Virus record (IMG/VR): IMGVR_UViG_3300009495_000062
Location: 1 to 26,400 of that record
DNA from: a virus
Lineage: Duplodnaviria; Caudoviricetes
Direction: 5' to 3' (one strand)
Length of the DNA stretch: 26,400 bases
A model generated the notes under the pieces. That model did no database searches and was not told the origin of the DNA. It saw only the letters and a list, made by a program, of their open reading frames with translations. Shown piece after piece: positions 22,542-26,400 of the stretch (position 1 is the stretch's first letter; each line of letters starts with the position of its first letter). A program made the position numbers and the translations under genes.

Positions 22542-23918
22542 TTACTGCGGACCTCCTCTATCTCGATTCGAAACTGGCGGTCTCCTGCCTTCAAAGGTTG
22601 GTGCTGGTGGCGATGCCGCTGGTGCTGGACCCACATTGGTGAGATCTATATCAGTAGCAGATGTTTGCGCACTTGAAGGTGCTTGCGCAGCTACTTTACT
22701 TCCTTGTGCACTATGGCCGCCCCAAGGCTCGTGCTCTGGAACTCTTGGATTAATACTTTCTTTTACTGAACGGTTTATACTTAAACTGCCACTAGTAGGT
22801 CCAACTGCGCCTAATGCTGTGGGACCATTTAAGTCCAACATACCATCTGTACTAATTCTACCAAATCCACTAGCTTTAAGTTGTAAATTAAGATCAGTTG
22901 TTAGGCGTATATCTTTATTTGCTTTAAGTTGTATTGGACCAGTTGCTGTTTCTGCCTGTATTCCTGCAGCCCCTCTAGCTTTGATATTAAATGTGTCAGC
23001 ATCCATGTTGATATCACCATCAGCATAAAAATTAAAATCTTCTTCTGCATGATAACTTACACTGCCAGCGGCATATACATCAACATTTCCATCACTGTCT
23101 AATTGCATCCAACTAGTACCTTTTTGGTTTGTTATGTACACAATACCTGCACTATCATTAAATAACATCTGTGCTCCGCCTGCACTACGTAGGCGCATTA
23201 AGTTATCTTGACCTTCTTCACGGGATTGATCAGGTACGTAATTTTCACCTTCTTTAAACGCAACTGTGCCGTCGTCCATTACAAAACTATGACCTGCAGG
23301 CGTTAAAAACCCAGCTACATTTGACGGAGATTCTCTTCTAGCACCACTACTGCCAATTCCTCGTACTGGATCTAATCCAGTGCCTTGTTCTGCAACTGCA
23401 TTTCCAACTGGATGTCTAGGTCTACTATTACCTGTTTGTTTTGTGCCTGGATCAATTGATGGTCCTACACTGTCTTCATCTTTTATTTGACTTGCAGGTA
23501 AACCAGGAATTGCACCATTACGACCAACTACTGGCAGTGACCCAAGAAGAAATCCAACTGGATCATCTCCAGTAAATGCAACCAAAACTTCAGTACCTGG
23601 TCCAGGCGGCGGGAATGTTGATCCGTAATTTACGGAAGTATCACCGTTAGCTATTGACCCACCAAATGGAGACACATTTCTAACTTTAGTAAATTTTTGT
23701 CTATCATCACGTGTTTCTGTCTCACCAAATTTATTATTATTAACTAAGCTAACATATATTGATTGTCCATAATCACCGTCTGCAGCATCAATAACTTTAC
23801 CCACATATACTCCAGTGGGCATTGAAAATCCAGAACGAGTGCCACTATCGAATAATGCTGGTACACCAATTGAATCCCTGTTGGTATTAGTTGGTCTATT
23901 TCTTTCTTTGTTTGACAT
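22542..23918 (-). CDS. Central spike/hub protein, T4 gp5/VgrG-like: OB-fold plus beta-helix, no lysozyme domain (458 aa)
   Basis: OB-fold motifs YVGKVID and PPPGPGTEVLVAF..D...GFLLGS; TPAGHSFVMDDG, LRSAGGAQMLFND, SWMQLDSDGNVDVYA; about 8-residue beta repeats; RVPEHEPWGGH near the C-terminus. TAAGGA RBS. Confidence 0.85.
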   Translation of the reverse strand: MSNKERNRPTNTNRDSIGVPALFDSGTRSGFSMPTGVYVGKVIDAADGDYGQSIYVSLVNNNKFGETETRDDRQKFTKVRNVSPFGGSIANGDTSVNYGSTFPPPGPGTEVLVAFTGDDPVGFLLGSLPVVGRNGAIPGLPASQIKDEDSVGPSIDPGTKQTGNSRPRHPVGNAVAEQGTGLDPVRGIGSSGARRESPSNVAGFLTPAGHSFVMDDGTVAFKEGENYVPDQSREEGQDNLMRLRSAGGAQMLFNDSAGIVYITNQKGTSWMQLDSDGNVDVYAAGSVSYHAEEDFNFYADGDINMDADTFNIKARGAAGIQAETATGPIQLKANKDIRLTTDLNLQLKASGFGRISTDGMLDLNGPTALGAVGPTSGSLSINRSVKESINPRVPEHEPWGGHSAQGSKVAAQAPSSAQTSATDIDLTNVGPAPAASPPAPTFEGRRPPVSNRDRGGPQ

Positions 23919-23926
23919 TGTATTCC

Positions 23927-26398
23927 TTAACTGTTATACATATTTACTAACCAATTTGGCGCTGGATGTGATACTGTGCGTCCACTGCCACCCCAATAAG
24001 GTCCAGCACCTGGACTTAGATTTGCACCAATGCCTGGCGTTCTTGCAATGTCATAATGGAATGCTGTTCCACTCATATATAGCTCTCTGCCAGTTCCTTG
24101 AGTTGGATTAGCTATACCAACACTTGGTGTTAATCCTGCACTTCGAGTTTCATTTAAAAATGCCTGAGTATAGTTTTGTATGATAGCAAGATCTCTAGGA
24201 TTCTCTACTGATAACAGTCTAGTGCCATCATAAAGACTAATATCTGCTGCATATCCATTATGTCTACCACTGCCCCCAGGACCTCTATTACCGCCCTGTG
24301 GTGATATGACACCAGTTACACCAGCTGCGGCAGCCGCATTTTCCAAAGCAACTAATAGTCTACTATCTATATTTGATGTTGATCCAGTGGTATCATTACT
24401 GCCAGTTATAGTGCCAGAATTAGTTCCCCTTGCAGTAGGATCAAGAATAGCACTTGTGTCTTCATTTCCAGTGCCAGGTACATTATTTGGTTGTGCATCT
24501 GTGTCATCATTGGGATTATTATAATCATTTTGTAAGTTACGGTTTTGAGCATTTACAATTCTACCAGACAACAGTTGGTCAATTAACATGGCATTATTTG
24601 TATTTGTGTCTCTTACTGAGTCAAGGGTTTGTTTAAATTCTCCCATCATGTACTGCGATGTAACTGATTTAACACGATACAATGCAGTTATACTAAAATT
24701 TTCTTCAGCCATAAGACCTGAATCGCCATCTTCATAAACTGGCAATCTCATATTAAAGAAGTATCCCAATCCGCCAAAGTCATAATCAGCTTCATTATCA
24801 TTGACCCTAGCCGCCCCTTTGGGTTTCCCTAACCAATAAGTATCCCCTCTAATATTTAAACGTTGCTCTACTAATTCACCAGTAGAATTGAGATTAATTT
24901 CTAGCGCACCCAAAAATGCTGTTCCTGGATCGTCGTTTGTGTCTGCACCACTTGATGCTAAACTATCATTAACTGACCTATAATCAAACTGCATTGAATC
25001 CTGCATACGTTCAATTGAATTATTTGCACGTGATTGACCACCATAAAGATCACTTTGCGTTATGTACCTATCTGCAATAGGAGAAAAGTTAGTAGATTCC
25101 CTAGGGCTGTTCTCTAACACTTGATTTGCTGCATCACGCTCGGCTTGTCTTTGTAATAATAAACTACGTTGTTCTGCTAATTCTTCTGCATTAGCTTGCG
25201 CAGCGGTTTGTGCCCGGTTGAGCACCCCATCTTCATTTCTTGGGTCAGCACCATTTATATCTCTAGCCAACCGCTCTTGTTCAGATTCCAATCTAGAAAC
25301 TTCGTCTCTGGTTTGGTTATATCTTGATCTTGCATCAAACGCATCAGATTCTGATCCAGTTAGTCCAGGAAATTGTGAGTTTGCTCCTAAATTTCCGCCA
25401 GCTATAGGCTGTGCAATAAAGAATATATTGTTTAAAGATAAGTCAACATCAAGAACTTCACTATTAAGTCCAGTATAGGTATAATCATACCTTTTTCGTA
25501 ATAATCCATAACGTAAAATATTATCTAAACGAGCTTGTTGTGACTCAAGACTGCTGTTAAATTGATTAAAACTTATAGGATCATGAATTCCATGTGGCAC
25601 AGTATATGCTTTTATATTATACGTAAATTTTCTAATATATTGCTTTGCTACAGTATCATAAGGTTCTAAGTATTCCACATTTGTTGAAAACATAAACCAT
25701 TGCATTAGTTCAGCTAGACTTGGTGCATCTGCAACAGCATCGTCTGGTTGATCTTTTGCAAATTGATTTCTGCCAACAAGTGGTATTCTTTTAAATTCTC
25801 TAGTTTGTAATATCGCTGCTGCAATGGCCGCTGTTATACTTGTGCCTTGGTGTAGTACAAATACAAGAACCCCGCCTTCAGCAGTTACACTGACGTTACG
25901 ACTTTGTTGTAAATTATCACCACGAACTGCATCAAACTCCCAACTCCTCCATTCATCAGCTTCCCCCTCTGTACCAAATTGGTACTGGTTTGGGTACAAC
26001 CTTGCTATTGAAGTATCAACTTGTCGTTGTACTTCTGCGTTAAGTTCTTCTGTAAAGTTATCTAAAAAATCACCAAAATTGCTAGCACGTACTGTTATAT
26101 CAGTTTTTAAATGGAAGTCCATTCTGCGATAGGCATTGTACTCAGTTTCAATAAACGTAACTTGATAATTGGTTCCACTGTCTTGATGCTTTATTTGAAA
26201 GTCTGTTATTGATGCTACATAATAAAATGGACCAATCTCTTCATCGTTCATTGCAGTGTTGTTTTGTTTCCATCCTCGGAAATTTAGTTCAAGCAAGTAA
26301 TTTGCTTCAAGATGATTCCTAATGCCAAGTTCTTGAGCAGCTAATATGATACGGTTAAGGAACGTTAGTCCTTTTGCTTCAACAAAAGAAATATCAAA
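23927..26398 (-). CDS. Putative baseplate hub-like protein with a C-terminal M15-like Zn peptidase domain; 5'-truncated
   Basis: The frame stays open past the track's TTG at 26296 to the window edge (FDISFVEAKGLTFLNRIILAAQELGIRNHLEANYLLELNFRG). Hub-like motifs YDYTYTGLNSEVLD, LNIRGDTYWL and ALYRVKSVTSQY..GEFKQTL. C-terminal SGRHNGYAAD...FHYD. Directly upstream of the gp5-like gene. Confidence 0.7.
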   Translation of the reverse strand, partial: FDISFVEAKGLTFLNRIILAAQELGIRNHLEANYLLELNFRGWKQNNTAMNDEEIGPFYYVASITDFQIKHQDSGTNYQVTFIETEYNAYRRMDFHLKTDITVRASNFGDFLDNFTEELNAEVQRQVDTSIARLYPNQYQFGTEGEADEWRSWEFDAVRGDNLQQSRNVSVTAEGGVLVFVLHQGTSITAAIAAAILQTREFKRIPLVGRNQFAKDQPDDAVADAPSLAELMQWFMFSTNVEYLEPYDTVAKQYIRKFTYNIKAYTVPHGIHDPISFNQFNSSLESQQARLDNILRYGLLRKRYDYTYTGLNSEVLDVDLSLNNIFFIAQPIAGGNLGANSQFPGLTGSESDAFDARSRYNQTRDEVSRLESEQERLARDINGADPRNEDGVLNRAQTAAQANAEELAEQRSLLLQRQAERDAANQVLENSPRESTNFSPIADRYITQSDLYGGQSRANNSIERMQDSMQFDYRSVNDSLASSGADTNDDPGTAFLGALEINLNSTGELVEQRLNIRGDTYWLGKPKGAARVNDNEADYDFGGLGYFFNMRLPVYEDGDSGLMAEENFSITALYRVKSVTSQYMMGEFKQTLDSVRDTNTNNAMLIDQLLSGRIVNAQNRNLQNDYNNPNDDTDAQPNNVPGTGNEDTSAILDPTARGTNSGTITGSNDTTGSTSNIDSRLLVALENAAAAAGVTGVISPQGGNRGPGGSGRHNGYAADISLYDGTRLLSVENPRDLAIIQNYTQAFLNETRSAGLTPSVGIANPTQGTGRELYMSGTAFHYDIARTPGIGANLSPGAGPYWGGSGRTVSHPAPNWLVNMYNS

Positions 26399-26400
26399 AC

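Noticed and set aside
2360-26132. The many plus-strand ORFs of 60-166 aa and short out-of-frame minus-strand ORFs in the track
   Set aside because: They lie antisense to or inside long, motif-bearing minus-strand genes and show no recognisable motifs. They are shadow ORFs caused by codon bias.
17714-26398. Type VI secretion or extracellular contractile injection system (VgrG-, TssE-like genes)
   Set aside because: The T4 gp6-type wedge, TATAAATA late boxes and absence of T6SS membrane-complex or eCIS ATPase genes favour a myophage. Head genes are not in the window, so this rests on context.
1-26400. Possible stop-codon reassignment (no gene ends in TAG: 12 TAA, 1 TGA)
   Set aside because: The standard code already gives complete coding density, including an unbroken 11-kb ORF. 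TAA preference is expected in AT-rich DNA.

Overview
About 26 kb of AT-rich, wall-to-wall coding DNA. All 14 credible genes lie on the minus strand and many are translationally coupled (TAATG/ATGA overlaps). This is the baseplate/tail module of a large, probably jumbo, myophage. In transcription order (right to left): (1) a 5'-truncated hub-like protein with a C-terminal M15-like zinc peptidase; (2) a gp5/VgrG-like spike; (3) a degenerate GH24 lysozyme-like protein; (4-5) gp25- and gp6-like wedge proteins; (6) a 3662-aa wedge/fibre-like giant; (7-9) three further virion-type proteins, one with a peptidase-G2-like chaperone domain and one with a Tyr-Gly repeat insertion; then (10-14) a separately promoted five-gene cluster with three DxD glycosyltransferase-like genes, one of them missing from the ORF track at 1..936. 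T4-type late promoter boxes (TATAAATA) occur at the gene junctions that have a spacer. Main leads: a candidate phage-encoded virion glycosylation cluster directly downstream of the tail genes, and a triply nested, Ser/Thr-rich, flagellin-IN-like module inside the giant protein that could be its substrate. All family calls come from motif recognition by eye, not from database searches.
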